Assembly (NCBI GenBank): GCA_951406725.2
Contig: OX597821.1
Span: 104,842,001-104,906,000 of the forward strand
Direction: 5' to 3'
Length of the DNA: 64,000 bases
DNA from: Octopus vulgaris
Lineage: Eukaryota
Numbering within the stretch: position 1 is the stretch's first letter; each line of letters opens with the position of its first letter. Position numbers and translations under genes: made by a program. The notes below the pieces were generated by a model. It ran no database searches, was not told the DNA's origin, and was given only the letters and a program-made list of their open reading frames with translations. This document shows positions 40,190-58,069 of this stretch, piece after piece.

Positions 40190-40740
40190 ATAAAGTCTGT
40201 GCAAAATAGATATTAAGACCATAAGTGTAAACGTGTTGAGATCTCCCACCGTTTACCCGATCACTCTAACGAGAGCGAGGAATATTTTGTAGAATTGTCG
40301 GAGGAGATGAAACGTGGGTCTGTCATTATGGGGCAGAATCCATCCTGGCTCGCCAGTGACGAAGAAATTCACGGCTCTTTTGTGGGTAGGGTGATGCTAA
40401 CACATTTGGGGAATCCAAAATGGCCAATACTGGAAGACTAAATGGAAAAGGGCTGTACGATTAAGGGTGCAAGATACAGTGCTTGGTAGCAATGAAACTG
40501 TAGCCAGCAATTCGCACCAAACGCCGAAGACTATTGTCACGGCTGCCAAAACACGACTGCCCAGACCGTTGGAAACATTAACCAATCGGGCTAAAATCTT
40601 CCGATGAATTTCAGCAACTAACACACCTTGCGATGAGAGTAATCGGATCACTGCTCTTTGTTCTTCTTTGGTGCACATTGTTAGTGGAGCGCCCATGCCT
40701 ACACTGCAAAGGGATTGAACCAAACAACAACCAAGGTCCA
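40190..40740. mobile_element. rearranged mariner-like remnants on both strands
   Basis: Plus strand GDETWVCHY (about 40304-40330); minus strand CTKEEQRAVIRLLSSQGVLVAEIHRKI (about 40590-40680). Confidence 0.65.
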
Positions 40741-41585
40741 GTGGAATTAATAAAGTGACGAATATTGAAATCTAGTTATATATGGCGACAGTGCGATCAG
40801 ATAGGATATTATCGACCGTCAATGGATTGACGTCTTTCAGCAAGTAGTTTCAATTAGAGGCCTGTGCAGTACACGAGAGCAATGGGAGGTGTATTACTGG
40901 TGACTGTATTCTTGATTAGCGGGATAGTACTCGGTATGCCTATACAAACTGTAATCAGAAGGAGGGCATGTTCGCTTTATGAGACGTATATTGTTGTTTG
41001 GAAAGAATGTGACACAGATGTACCCTTTGCCAATCGTAGTATGGTTACAGCAAGTGATGTGATGTCAGAGGAGTGAAAGAGTGTTATGAAACGATGTGAA
41101 TATTTATCAGTTAATATAAAAATACTAAAGACAGAATAATGGTCATGCCAAGAGAGAAGGTATATTCATGGGTTTGGATACTGGAATTTTGTCGCTTAAA
41201 AATTACTTAGGTTGCGGTTGTAAAACAAAATGCAGCCCAGTTAGTGAGGTCGACGAAAACACCAGAGAGTTTCAACACTTAAAATCCGAGAATATATTTT
41301 CTATAAAACTAGCATTTATTACTAGCTCTTCGAAAACCCAGTTAGCTAAAGGCCGCCAAATGTTCCAAAATCGCTTATTTTGTTATATATACACCATATT
41401 TATGGCAGTTAACTTTTGTTTTGCATATATTTTCAAAAATTACCAGGTTTTTCTCAAGCATAGTTATTAGCATACATAAAGTCTCTGCCAAAATCTCATA
41501 ATATTGTATTACTGAGATTTGAATTTCATGTGGGTGTATAATATATATATATACAGGCGCGCATATAAATATATGTATATGTATA

Positions 41586-41618
<33 letters not shown>

Positions 41619-42214
41619 GAATGTATGTATGAATGCGTATATATCATATTTGTATAAACAAGTGTACACACCTATACTTGTATACATATAAACATACGCG
41701 CCATACAGACAGACAAACACACACAGACACGCACGCAATCACACAACAACACGCATACATATAATTATGAATATGTATACAGATTATATGCATGCGAACA
41801 TAGGCGTACAACACCACCTTCAGAAACACACGGCATCGTAAGTGTGTGTCTGTGTTGTGAGGCATATATTTACAGAAATATATTCACATATGAACAGCAG
41901 CAACAAACATACACCTACCTTGCATAAAAGTGCACAGAAATCCATAAACCAATATAAATAATGAAAGAACTTTTAGAGGAAATTAGCGAAGAATATTGAC
42001 TTCCATACAACATAATATAAAGCGTGATAAAGCATAATTATAGATGCTTTATTATATAATATACATTATAAAAACAATCTAAATTTGTTCAAATTTGCAT
42101 GTATATGCTAATATGTAAAAGCTCACAAAGGCATCTACAGGAATCTTGGTGTATATTTATACACAACCACATGAATACGTGTGTGTATGGGTGGTTGGTG
42201 TTCTGCGTTATATC

Positions 42215-42305
<91 letters not shown>

Positions 42306-43008
42306 CTGTGTGTGTGTGTGTATGTGTATGTGTGTACATATGTGTGTATGTATGTGTCTTCATACATATATATACTTGTATATATATATATACACACACG
42401 TACATATATATATTAATATATGTATATATACTTATTTATTTACTGATATCTATATATTTGCACGCGTGTGTGTGTGCATGTGTGTATTTGTGTATGTGAG
42501 TGTGTGTTCATTGTTGTGTTTGTGTGTGCGAATGTTGTATGTGAATATACGTATATATGCACATATATGCACGTATATATGCATATATATTCACTTATAT
42601 ATATGAATAATAGGTGTCTTTACAAAAATGCTGGTCTCAGAGATATGGTGAAGGACCATAGGAAGTATGCTAACGTGAGACAACATAAGAAACGAAGTCA
42701 ATGAAATTCACGTGTCACGTAACTCCCTAGAAGTAATCAGCGTAAGATGGTCGGTAGTGTGTTACTCATTCCTCCAAGAAACTTATGTGCAACAATGTCT
42801 TGTGTGAATGAAACAAAATATAAAGAAGCTTCTGGGCAGAACTATCGTGTCATCACTTGGCTTTTGGTAGGTTTCAAGACTGAAGAGATTGTTGCTCTCG
42901 GCTTTCAAAATTATTCATAAGAATATATATGTATAGTCTATATGCGTATGTATGGTAGTATGTATATATGTGTATATCTATCTATCTATCTCTATTAATA
43001 TATACATA

Positions 43009-43039
<31 letters not shown>

Positions 43040-43052
43040 CATACACACACAT

Positions 43053-43162
<110 letters not shown>

Positions 43163-43231
43163 TTATATATGCATAAATACCTATAAATATATATATATAC
43201 ATACACACACACACACACATATATGTACATG

Positions 43232-43269
<38 letters not shown>

Positions 43270-43339
43270 TAAATAAATTAATCAAAAACTCACCAAACGG
43301 TATATACAGGTGCTTACAATTATCAAGTACTCACCCCGA

Positions 43340-43372
<33 letters not shown>

Positions 43373-43373
43373 A

Positions 43374-43580
43374 TCTTTTACTTGTTTCAGTTATTTCACT
43401 GTGGCCATACTGAAACACCGTCTTTAGTCGCTAAAATCGACACCAGGACTTATTCTTTGTACACCTAGTAATTATTCTATCGGTGTCTTTTGCCGAGTGT
43501 CTAAACACCACCATCTGTTGTCAAGTGATGTTGGAGGGACAAACACAGACACGCAAACATATACACACAAACATACATAC
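43374..43580 (-). mobile_element. SINE family C, 3' half (split by a LINE insertion)
   Basis: Minus strand gtgtttgtccctccaacatcacttgacaac...gacggtgtttcagtatggccacagtgaaataactgaaacaagtaaaaga. Confidence 0.75.
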
Positions 43581-44937
<1,357 letters not shown>

Positions 44938-44939
44938 AT

Positions 44940-45098
44940 ATATGCGACGGGCTTCTTTCAGTTTCCGTCTACCAAATCCACTCAGAAGGATTTGGTCGGC
45001 CCGAGACTATAGTAGAAGAGACTTGCCCAAGGTGCCACGCAGTGGGACTGAATTGGGAACCATGCAGTTGGTAAGCAAGCTACTTACCATTCAGCACA
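44940..45098 (-). mobile_element. SINE family C, 5' half (tRNA-like head)
   Basis: Minus strand gctgaatggtaagtagcttgcttacc...ttcagtcccactgcgtggcaccttgggcaagtctcttctactatag...gaaagaagcccgtcg. Confidence 0.8.
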
Positions 45099-45623
45099 AT
45101 GATGTTTATTACAGTTTCTTTTTGCAGACTGGTAACATATTACTAGTAATCTATCATCTGCTATTTTATTAACTGAGAGACATTGAGATACATGGAGAAA
45201 GAGGGGGGAGAGGAGGAGTGAGAGAAGTGAGTGGTAGGGAGAATGATAGAGAGAGATAGAAGAGAGTGTGTCTCATGGTGACATGATGGCTGATTGGACT
45301 GTATATGAGAACATGAAGACCTGCCAGTCGCCAGCAAGTACACTGAAACTCATGTTTGTACTTCACAATTTTTTCTGTGTATTGATACGTGATACAAACG
45401 ACTGGTCAGCTCTTTGTTGAAATTAAAATTCAGCGTCAGTTACTGATTAAAATCTAGAAATTTCTGAACTGCGAAGTCATCTGGTGAAACGACGCTACTT
45501 ATTAATCCAGAGGCAAAACTATTGTATGAAATGCATGTAATTATCGGTCACCTATTGATGCGTGAAGGTGTGTGTTATTTTTGCGGCTCACACTCTCTAA
45601 GTAATACCAGAATAAAGCATTAG

Positions 45624-45654
<31 letters not shown>

Positions 45655-46226
45655 TGTTTGTAACTGATTTATTGATAAGCGTAGGCACTGTAATATGTTT
45701 GTTGTATATGCGATATTATGAAAAAAGTATATGTAAAAGTATTTTCTTGCTTCGGAATGAATTTGCTAAAGGATGAATGGTGTAAATTATAGTCGCCATG
45801 ATGTATCGTATATGTACTGGCGAATATAAGTCTCTACGAATGGTATTAATGGTGCTTTGGCATGATAATCACTGGATTTTATATTATGAATAAATCCAGG
45901 CCTGTTGTATTATTTCTAACATCATTTATCTCTTTGTTTTTTTTTTTTTGTATTTTCGGTTATATAACTATGAATCGATAAATATGATTTGCTCTCCATT
46001 GTAAAGGATAAGTTTATGGAGGAAAATTAAAATATATCTCTGTATAAATTGGTGGATGAAATTGTTATTTAGTTTTCAATATATCTGTAGGTGTATGCGA
46101 TTGTTACAAAACGCTTTTCAGTCTGTATGATTCATATTATTAAATATATTGAGCATGGCGTGTGAATAAACACCCTGTGGCACAATATGAAGCAATGACT
46201 ATGTGATTTCCAATCCATGTATGCCT

Positions 46227-46298
<72 letters not shown>

Positions 46299-47829
46299 GT
46301 GTGTTTGTGTGCGCGTGCGTGTGTGTGTGTGTCTGTACGTGTGTGTAAGATACAGAATTAAATATATAGAGATCGGGAGAGATGGAGCGAGATCGACACA
46401 TAGATGGATAGATACATAGGGAGATATATAGATAGATAGAGAGAGAGAAAGAAAGAAATAGGGGGATTGAAAGGGATGCCTACATATATACACTCATATA
46501 CATATTTATAAGTATCCCTGCGTATAAAATATATTTGTATTTTTGTTATTACGTATTTAAATAAGTATATTGGTATATGAATACACACACACACAAACAC
46601 ATATATACATACATATATATACGTATGTATGTATGTATGTATGTATGTATGTATGTATGCATGTATGTATGTATGCATGCATACATCAGAAACGGATCAG
46701 AATTTTTATTCAAACATTCTAACCAAGCAAAGAATAGAAGCGAACAGTTTTGGTAAATTGATTTCATTTAGCGAACAGGAACCAACATTTCTATATCTCT
46801 TTTCTTGATTTCCATTTGTTTATAGTTTTTCAACTAAGTTTCCTGATCCGTTTCTAATCGAACGATATTTCCCATCCCTATTTAATTAACTTTGATAAGG
46901 AAATGTGTTATCTGTCTTAAAATATTTGTTTGTGTTCAGATTTGCTTTTCGGTTTCATTTAGTCATTGATTATTAGACACTTATCGGAAGAGGTTATGTT
47001 GTTCGATGTAGCAGAATAACTTCTATTTTTTTTTTATGCCTTACATTCTCTCCCCCTCTCATATACGGGCAGATACACGCATAGAAATTTATATATGAAT
47101 CTTCATCAATAAAGGCATAAATATATATACAAATACATACACACCACCACACACACATATTTGTATTTTTATACGTATTTTAAGTATCTTTATAACAGAA
47201 TCTTACATAAATTTCTCTTTTCGTTCTAAATCACTCTTCATTATTATATATCGACGAACAACAGATTCTACGTCAGCCATACAAGCAAAGATTACATGCA
47301 CACACACGCTTATATCATATATGTATATACATTATATATACATATACATACATATATAAATGTGTATGTGTGTATAAATGTATATATATACATACACACA
47401 CGCACATACACACACACACACATATATATATATATACACGTAATAAAAACAAATTTGTACGCAAGTAATTTTACATACTTTCGTCTTTATATATTTATAT
47501 ATGTAATTTTGTTATAGAACAGAGTAAGGTTCCTGGCTTCATTCAGTATTTACTTATTAACATTGAGTTTTCCTCTTCGCTCTTTATTTTATCCGGGTCG
47601 TCTGTTTGCATTTTATATTCATTCATTTTTAAAGATATTAATTTAATCTAATCAAACCATATCACTAAAAAGAAGAAAGAAAACTATTTTGCTTAAAAAA
47701 AAAAATTAGTTTTGTAATGGCCGGAAACCACGGTTGATTACTCACCTATCACATTTTGGTTATAACTACGACCAACTGGAGTCTAATAAAGATTTTCTTC
47801 GCCTCACCTAAAACCATTAATATCGCCAT

Positions 47830-49018
<1,189 letters not shown>

Positions 49019-49349
49019 TTTCCTCTGCACAGCTTCTAACGCTGGAGATGTACCACGCTGTCAGCTGTTCACTACCAGTAAAGTAAAGTAACAATTATTT
49101 TTCGAGCACTTTCCGGAGTAATAATGCATGCCATCAGAGTGACACAGGGGTAAACTATACGATACCCAGTATACCTATCATGACTACCCGTCTGACAATG
49201 GTACAGCAGGCACATGCATACACAACAATATATGCCCTACACGGTGATCTCATATCAAGGTAAACCGCATATGACCTTGCAATTAGGTCGCAGTGAAAAT
49301 TTTCTTCAGGTCGAGCAGCCCGTTTATTATTAGTATTATTATCATCATT

Positions 49350-49380
<31 letters not shown>

Positions 49381-49394
49381 TTATTATTATTGTT

Positions 49395-49426
<32 letters not shown>

Positions 49427-49879
49427 CATTTAAACAAGAGATGCGAGAATAATTAGCACGAAGGACAAAATGGCTGTGAAGCATTTCGACTGGTTTTACA
49501 TACTGAAGTCAAATGTCGCCGAGGTGAACTTAGCTCTCCTCCCTTTGTGGTCGATAAGATAAATACCTGCTACATTCGACTCGCACATTTCCTCAAACTT
49601 GCAGGCTTTAAGCCAAGGTTTGACTTCGTTATCATTATTAGTACCGTTAACCCCACCTGTTTATCTATGTGTAGTATCTCGTTCATTAACAAAGTCCATC
49701 ATGTCTTGGGCACTTGTGGAAAATAAAGATGTTATTGTTGTTCTTATTTTCATAACATCAAATTATCGATATTATTATTATTAAGAATAATGTGATGTTT
49801 TTTATTGTTTCAATTACTATATTTTTTTAAATTAATAATACTAATGATTATCTTGAGAGTTAGTATAAGCCTAGTTTTT

Positions 49880-49908
49880 ATGATGATGATCATGATGATC
49901 ATCATCAA

Positions 49909-49966
<58 letters not shown>

Positions 49967-49973
49967 GCCATCG

Positions 49974-50008
<35 letters not shown>

Positions 50009-50060
50009 GTCATCATCATCATCATCATCATCATCTTCATCATCATTACCCTTATCATTT
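49880..50060. repeat. (CAT)n microsatellite
   Basis: Directly visible. Confidence 0.95.
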
Positions 50061-50353
50061 TATCATTATTGTTATTCTAGTTTCTTGCTTTAGACAGCGA
50101 GGTGGAACGTAAGTTAGTTTTTTTTATATATATATTGATTTAATATAAATTGTTCATTGTAGCAACCGCGGAAGTTGATTCGAGATACTCAGAAGATAAC
50201 TTAACAGCAAAAATCGATTAATTCTTCAATGGACCGATATATCCCCACAACAATTTTTCCGATAATCTATGTTTGTAACAGTCTATCCTAATTCCAAAAT
50301 ACATTTAGATAAAGGCATACACTTACTGAAACATGTATGTATATGGTTCTACA

Positions 50354-50362
50354 TATCTATCA

Positions 50363-50423
<61 letters not shown>

Positions 50424-50455
50424 ACTATCTATCAATCTAGCTATCTATCTATCCG

Positions 50456-50500
<45 letters not shown>

Positions 50501-50522
50501 ATATTTATCTATCTATCTATTT
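50354..50522. repeat. (TATC)n microsatellite
   Basis: Directly visible. Confidence 0.95.
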
Positions 50523-51344
50523 ATCAAGTATGTATGTATCTATTTATCTCATAATATATATGCAAGTATGTATGTGCGTATGTACATATCTCTGTATATA
50601 TCTATGCATGTATGTATGCCTGTCTGTATGTATATATGAAAACGATAGCTCAAAAAGTCTAAACCTGTACACTACCCTTCCAACATACATACCTTACGCA
50701 TAATCTACACATTGACATACGTACATATGTGCCGAAATATATTTGTGTTTGTCGTATATGAGTGTAAGCTGTCATATATACTACTATATATATTGAAGAT
50801 CCCTCGTACTATAGTACTGACTGAAAAGTAGTTTTGCATAATTCCTCAATATTTGTAGAAAGATGGGAAAAGCTTTTGCAAATTAATAAAACTTGCTTTG
50901 TGGTTATGTGTAATTCTGACTGTGAGTAGGCTTGTGAATATTGTGTGTGTCTCTATGCGTGCTTGCTTGTATGTATGTGTGTGTGAGTGTATGTGCATAA
51001 ATGTATACATATGATCACTTTTCTAAAAAACTGATAATTTTATAATTATTATTAAAGACACGTAATCTGTAATCTTTCCATATGTACAAATACCACACAC
51101 GCCTTCTTAGGATTATCGCAGAAAAAATGTTTGTTCTTAGTTCCATTATCATGTTTACATACTTATTAACTCTTATTCTACCCTCAGGTTTGAGATAATC
51201 CTTATTCCTATAAGTTATAAACGTGAAAGTCCAGATTTCAGCTCTTTTGATCAGTTCTCTGATGAACTAAATTGAATTGTGGTGGACGAAATCGTGCTCA
51301 ATATTTCTATTATCTTTGTTATTATCATTGCTGTAGCTGCTGCC

Positions 51345-51480
51345 GGTGTTGTTGTTGCTGCCGGTGTTGTTGTTGTTGTTCTTCTTCTTCTTCTTCTCCT
51401 TTTTCTTCTTCTTCTTCTTCTTCTTCTTCTTCTTCTTCTTCTTCTTCTTCTTCTTCTTCTTCTTCTTCTTCTTCTTCTGC
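51345..51480. repeat. (GTT)n(CTT)n microsatellite
   Basis: Directly visible. Confidence 0.95.
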
Positions 51481-51639
51481 TTTTTCTTACTATTATTCGA
51501 CTTTGGGTTTCACGTTTTGGGGCCGATAAGTTAAGTGCCAGTGAAATACTGGGGCCGATGTAATCGACTATCATTCTCCCCTAAATTTCATACCATCTGC
51601 CTACAACAGAAAAATTTATTATTATTATTATCATTATTA

Positions 51640-51697
<58 letters not shown>

Positions 51698-51712
51698 CAT
51701 TCATCACCATCA

Positions 51713-51744
<32 letters not shown>

Positions 51745-51754
51745 TATTTCTATT

Positions 51755-51808
<54 letters not shown>

Positions 51809-52369
51809 TTGTTCTTCTTCTTCTTGCATTTGTTAACGAATTTAAAGCATTAAAATAAAGATCGGGATACTGTTTTAGATAATAAACATCTATCTGGCCA
51901 ATTGTGTTTTTCTAATAATGTCGCACGTCCCTCAATTTATTAGACTTCATTAAGAAAATAATTCCAAGCTATTATGAAAATACTTCAACTAGTTGTATCT
52001 CTATGAGATTAAGCAGCTGCTGTCAATGTTATTAGCAGACTATTACCGTTGACATTTCCGTCAGTAGAAAATTTTAGTGAATACAGGTTTGCTTCCAACT
52101 CACTTGTACTTTGTTATATTATTTGCGTTATTTATTATTTTTTTTGTTTTTGCAAGAAATAATGCAGTAAATTGATACATGACAGTATTCCACCCACTGG
52201 TAGTATTAAAAAGAACATGTCATGCGACTTTATCACGCAAGAAAGTGTTCTGGACATGTTCACCTCGACCCACTAGCAGGAATGAGTTTTGGCTCTTCTT
52301 TTCTAGTTGGAAATATTGAAAAAAACTATTTTGTGTTATTAATTAAAATAGTCTCACATTTGTTGCAGG

Positions 52370-53480
52370 CAACATTAGCCGGAGGGGCAATTCGAGTGCA
52401 TCGACTCAAGTAACTGAGTGCAGTGCACTGTACTGTCTCCGAAATGATGAAATGGAAAGTTCAGCTCGGTGGTATTTGAACACAGTTTTTATAATATTTA
52501 TTGGATTCAAATTTTGGCACAAGTACAGCAATTTGGGGTTAGTGGGAAAACGGATTACCTCGATCCCAATATTCAACAGGGAAAACTTGTCTGGTTCCTT
52601 CTTTCCGTCGTACCCTATCGAATTAAGGCTACTTATCAAACCCAAAAGGATGACCTGCAAATTCGATCATGGCCGAATTTGAACTCTGAACGTTAAGGCA
52701 GATGAAAAGCTGCAAATATTTTGCCTGGCGTGTTATAGCTGCTGGTGACTTGCCGACTGAAAATGATATTTAGTACTATATAAACTAAACTTATCACTAC
52801 TACTACTACTGCTACTACTACTATGATTATTATTATTATTATTATTATTATTAATATCATCATCATCATCATCATCATCTTAAAGGCAGCAAGCTGGCAG
52901 AATCGTCAGCACACAGGGCAAAATGTTGAGTGGCGTTTCCCTCTTCATTACGTTCTGAGTTCAAATCCCTTCGAGATTCTCTTTGCTGTTCATCCACTGG
53001 AGTGGATGAAATGGAATTATCTCAGCCCTGAAATTGCTGGCCTTGTACCTTTAGTAAAAACTATTATTTATATTATTTTATTGACCGTGAGCTGGTAGAA
53101 CCGTGGGCATTCGAGGCAACATTCCTAGCGGCATTTCGTCCGTCTTTACATTCTGGGTTCAAATTCTGTCGAGGATGTCCTTTTTCTTCATCCTCCGGGG
53201 TCAGTAAAGTAAATACGATTTGAATACTGGGATCGATCTAATCGATTTCTTTCTCAGCCCGAAATTACTGACTTTGTGCAAAATCTGAAATCATTATTAT
53301 TCTTTACTTTAGTACTCTCCCTCGATATATTTTTCTGCTCATTACTTTACGAATTCAAAGCCTGATGAGATCTAATTTTCCTTTCATCTCTTCGGGACGG
53401 GAACAAAACAAAAAAAAAAAAAACTAGTCGAATTAGCCCTCTCCTGAAATTTCTAGGCTTGTACCAAAGTTTGAAAGCAT
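52370..53480. mobile_element. cluster of diverged SINE family A copies in both orientations
   Basis: Minus-strand copy at about 52500-52756 and plus-strand copies at about 52882-53062 and 53086-53292, plus partial copies. Confidence 0.65.
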
Positions 53481-54481
53481 TGTTTTAAATAATCTCAAAC
53501 ATTATCTATATATCCCAGTGGGAAAAGAAACAGATACTCATTTTACAGGTAATCGGGATTAAATTTTATTTCATGCAGGTTTTGTGATTGTGTCATCATT
53601 TTGCACTAACGTTCATGTATGAGTTATTGAATGGAAATGAAAAGAAATTAAATGGGGAGTAATTAGATGAAGAATACAAGAATAGAAAATCATCGAGCAG
53701 AGTTAAGATAATAAAACAGAAGAAATGTTGATGGTCGGACAGGAGATAATGATGAAGCAAGTCAGGTGTGTATGTAAACAGTAAGTAGATATTATACTAT
53801 ATGTGTTCAGTACTGAACGCATATCTGGAGCAAACATCATATTTTCCCCTGATGAGAGGACATTGTCTGGAAATGAATCTTAAGATTCGTCTGTAATTCG
53901 GACGAACTGAAATCCAGAAACGATCACCAAAACACTGTATGTTTTCAATCATGTAATCCAAAACACTTTTTTATGCCTATTGCTATACTATATTCAAAAT
54001 TTTTATAAAGACTTTTTAATCTATATTGCACTATTAATTTTATCTATATTCTATTATTAGTCTGTTTGTATATATATATATATATATATGTGTGTATATA
54101 TGTGTGTGTGTGTATGTGTGTGTGTTTCCATGTATATTTTTATATTTCTATATCATTTTATATCTCTAATATATCAAGATGTGTTTCAGTTTCGACAATT
54201 CTCATTTTATCTTAACTAAACTCGTATATGTATGTGTTAATCGTAGTCTACCTGATTTGAACTTTTTCAATTTATACATTATACTGTCGCCTCAGGTTCA
54301 TTTTGAGCACTCTCTAAGCTATGTGCTTCGCAAGAAAATTATAACTACACACACACACACACACACACATTTATATATATACACATACGTACATACGCAT
54401 GCAACAAATTAGAAATGTGGCTTATTAGCAATTAAAATATAAAAGCAAAATTAATAGACGTTAAAAAAGTGAAAGTGGATA

Positions 54482-54875
54482 CTGGCTAGCATCGCTTTTG
54501 GTAAAGATAAGAGCTAAATTAACTCAGAGCAACAAACGCACTGTCTTAAGTGAATGACAAAGAGAGTTAAGTCCTTAGATTACATAGCCGGATCGCAATA
54601 TCGAATTTTGATGTAGTCCATATTAATCTTCATCAGCAGCTCTTAACGCCTTCGGTTATTCTCAACTATCTCTGTCAGTATTATACAAAGTCTATCAGAT
54701 ATAGCTGAGATTAACCCTAGACGTTCAAAGCTGCTGATGGGTATTAACATAGTCTTCATCAAAATCTGTAATCACTATCCGGCTATGTACCTCCATTTGT
54801 CTATCGTTTAAGATAAGACGCTTGTGATTTTGAGATATCTTAACTGTTATCTTTAGCAAAAGCAGTGCTAGTCAG
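54482..54875. mobile_element. near-fully palindromic MITE/foldback element flanked by TA
   Basis: ta|ctggctagcatcgcttttggtaaagataa ... ttatctttagcaaaagcagtgctagtcag|ta. Inner arms also pair: tacatagccggat/atccggctatgta, attttgatg/catcaaaat and catcagcagct/agctgctgatg. Confidence 0.85.
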
Positions 54876-56170
54876 TAGCGTCTTTCACTTTTGTTACCAC
54901 TATTCATTTTTCCTTTATATATATGCATATACATGTGCATATGTATAAATAAATGTATATGTGTATATATACGTGTACATATAACTTGTAAGTGTGTATG
55001 AGTGTTTGTATATGTGTATGCGTCTGCGCATACATATACATAAACACACACAGATACACAATGCATGTATATATAATATGAAAGTGGGTGTCAAGACGTA
55101 GATACAGTAGCAAACGCTAAAACTTCTTGATAAATGTTTTGATGGTTTTCTAAGACATATATGCATTGGTGCCAGTTGCGTACATATCTTATTCGATACA
55201 CATTCTCCGTCTTTTCGTTTAACCGGATTAAATATACATTTATTTGTGACAGATGAAGACTACAACATTGTATTATTGATCTTACTTCTTCCAGAATATC
55301 TTAATGCACGGGAGTGGTGTTTCTCTAGAAGAAAGAAGACTGGAAAACGCCGCCGATTATACCAAAGTACTCATCAACCAGAAACTTCAGGAGATGCGTA
55401 TATAATAAAACATAAATTTATGATGTGAATATCAGTTAGCATGGTTTGAACTGTCAACAGCTGCAACACTGTCGATTCAGCTATTTCCAAATTTTAAACG
55501 TGAATTCTGTTCGAATTACTTGTATTTGACTGCAATTTCCATCTAACTACGAAGCAGTAAAATTGTTAATCAGTTTTAGTATTCTTACAGCGCTGTAACA
55601 AAACTAATTGTTTTTACACTATATTTATAGATCGACTGAAGTTGCACAATATAATATGTAGTGTACGTGATTTATCAATTAGAAAATACTAAAGCACCAA
55701 AATATAGAAAATTACAGAAGTACATATAAATAGATGTTTTGTTATTTAGAATTTCATTAAGGTAATTGGCTATGTGATATAAATATTTACTATGCTACGC
55801 AGCAACCTACATTAAAGGACAGTAAAATGAAAGACTAATGCATTGCTTTCCGCATAGCTTTACTTTCTACGTAACACAAAGATATTTCAACAAATGGACA
55901 TTCCGTGAATCTTTGTAGAAGTAAATTAATCTATATTTTGAAAAGAGAGTGATTTTATCTATTGTTTTCATTTCAAACAGTTTGTCTGGTTTGTATTTTG
56001 ATTGACATGAGCGTAATGATGTAAGTAGTACATAGAATGATACTAGATTATTTACATATATCGTCAAACCTACAGGGATAACAATACACAATGCGTTGTA
56101 CATGCAGATGTACATACATACACTATGCGCTCTCATACACCCACACATCCATCATTCCATTTATCCATTG

Positions 56171-56233
<63 letters not shown>

Positions 56234-56449
56234 TGTGTGGGCGTGTGTGTGTGTTTATAATGCAATATATGTATTCAGAAAATCGTGTGTCTCTCGCGGA
56301 AAGCTCCAGAACCGAACTCATCTAATAGACGAAATAATAATTCGATACAGGCAGAATATGATGAGTTGCGTACAAGTAAAAACCAGGCGAGCCGATGCAT
56401 ATGATTATGTCATAAGGAGGATAATACCCCCTAGATTGTCGGGAAATAG

Positions 56450-56850
56450 GAGTGGTTAATGCATTTGTTTAACTATTTGTCATGTTTTGGAGTACGGATG
56501 TTTTACAGCCTTCTTCATGTAATAATTATTCCAGTATACAAGAAGTTATGTTTACGAGTCTGTATCAATATGCACTCTAAGCACTATATAGAAAGCTTTA
56601 ACACGTTGATACGTTTCCATAAAATAGATTTCAAACATGCTTTCAATTCTTCCGCGTTTCTTTTCCTGGTAGTCACTGGCAAAGTTTTTCTGGAATCATC
56701 GGAACGTACTACTGCCACACCTTGCTTCAGGCAATTGGAACTGCGCAAATCCTTCAGCATTCTGTTAACAGCTTCTACTGTTTTTTTTTTATTGGACATT
56801 TTAGCTTCGACTCATATGATCAAAAACAGTTCATGAGAAATTGAGCTAAA
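56450..56850 (-). mobile_element. Helitron Pif1-like helicase fragment, degenerate
   Basis: LII*VEAKMSNKKKTVEAVNRMLKDLRSSN...GVAVVRSDDSRKTLPV...EELKACLKSILW matches the Helitron pattern IIWDE..M....EA.DR.L.DL...GG..V...GDFRQ.LPV....ACLK.S.LW. Confidence 0.8.
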
Positions 56851-57527
56851 GAACATTTATTGATATTGCTGACAGGTTCATCATTTGAAGTTAGATTGAC
56901 CGGAAGCTTGAAATGCTGGGTGAGCTGTTCGACCTCCTGGGTGTAAAGTCCCAGGGATTCTGGAGCTTGCTACAACTAAGGCTATTTCCTTCGACCCATA
57001 ACAATATAGTTAACACCACATAATAAAATAATAATTCCAATAAATATATAATAAAAAATTAGGCTTAGATCATCTTCAACCTACCATCTCTAGTATTAGC
57101 TTCTTAACGGTGCTTTAATATCTTTATAAAGGGTGTCAGAAACGGATCCCTCCATAGCTCATGATAAAAGTAATCTTTGATTAAACAGGTGGTTGTATTG
57201 AGCGAACCTAATTTCCTTTTTGCCCCATTATGCCCTCAGAAACCACCACCGGATGTGAACCCCTGGATGTTATACTTCTAAATGGATTTATCTTTATATA
57301 CCTAGATTTTAAGCGAATTAAGAAAATCTGAACTTACAACATGTTATGTTTTAATTTCGTATTTCAGTAATGTTTTAAAGGTTATTGCGGCTATTTATTT
57401 TCGTACAGTTTTAATATAATTATATGTATATATTTTGAATGCATTTTAATATTAGTATATATTTATATGTATATATTTTGAATGCATTTTTAATATATCT
57501 CACACACACGCATACACACACAAGCAC

Positions 57528-57589
<62 letters not shown>

Positions 57590-58069
57590 CAACCACGCAA
57601 TGGTTGAATGTATTATTAAGTCCACCATTTCGTCAATCGCAGCAGGTTCAAAGCTTCACCACTAATTCAATTCACATCTAAATTGCAAACTCTTAATGGT
57701 TTTGAAGAGGACACCTCTTCAGCTACACTGTGGCATAAATAGTTTGAGATTTGGTTCACTAGAAATAAGTTACATCAAAATATCTTCGACCGCAAAAGGG
57801 GTAAGGCAAATATCCCTCTTCAATTGAGATACACATTTTTAATTGTAAATTAACAGTATACTTTTCTTAAAGTATACTTAAATGATAGAAAAATAAATGA
57901 GAAATTCAGAATCATTAATTGCATTGAACAAAAATTAGTAGAAAACAGTTATGAGGTAAAATTTTACGAAATTGAATGTCAATAAGTAAGGAAATAATGG
58001 AGTAACGCTTACGCAATAAGAATACAGAACATATTACTAAAATGATTCTTTTATGCTCTAAAGTCGTGC

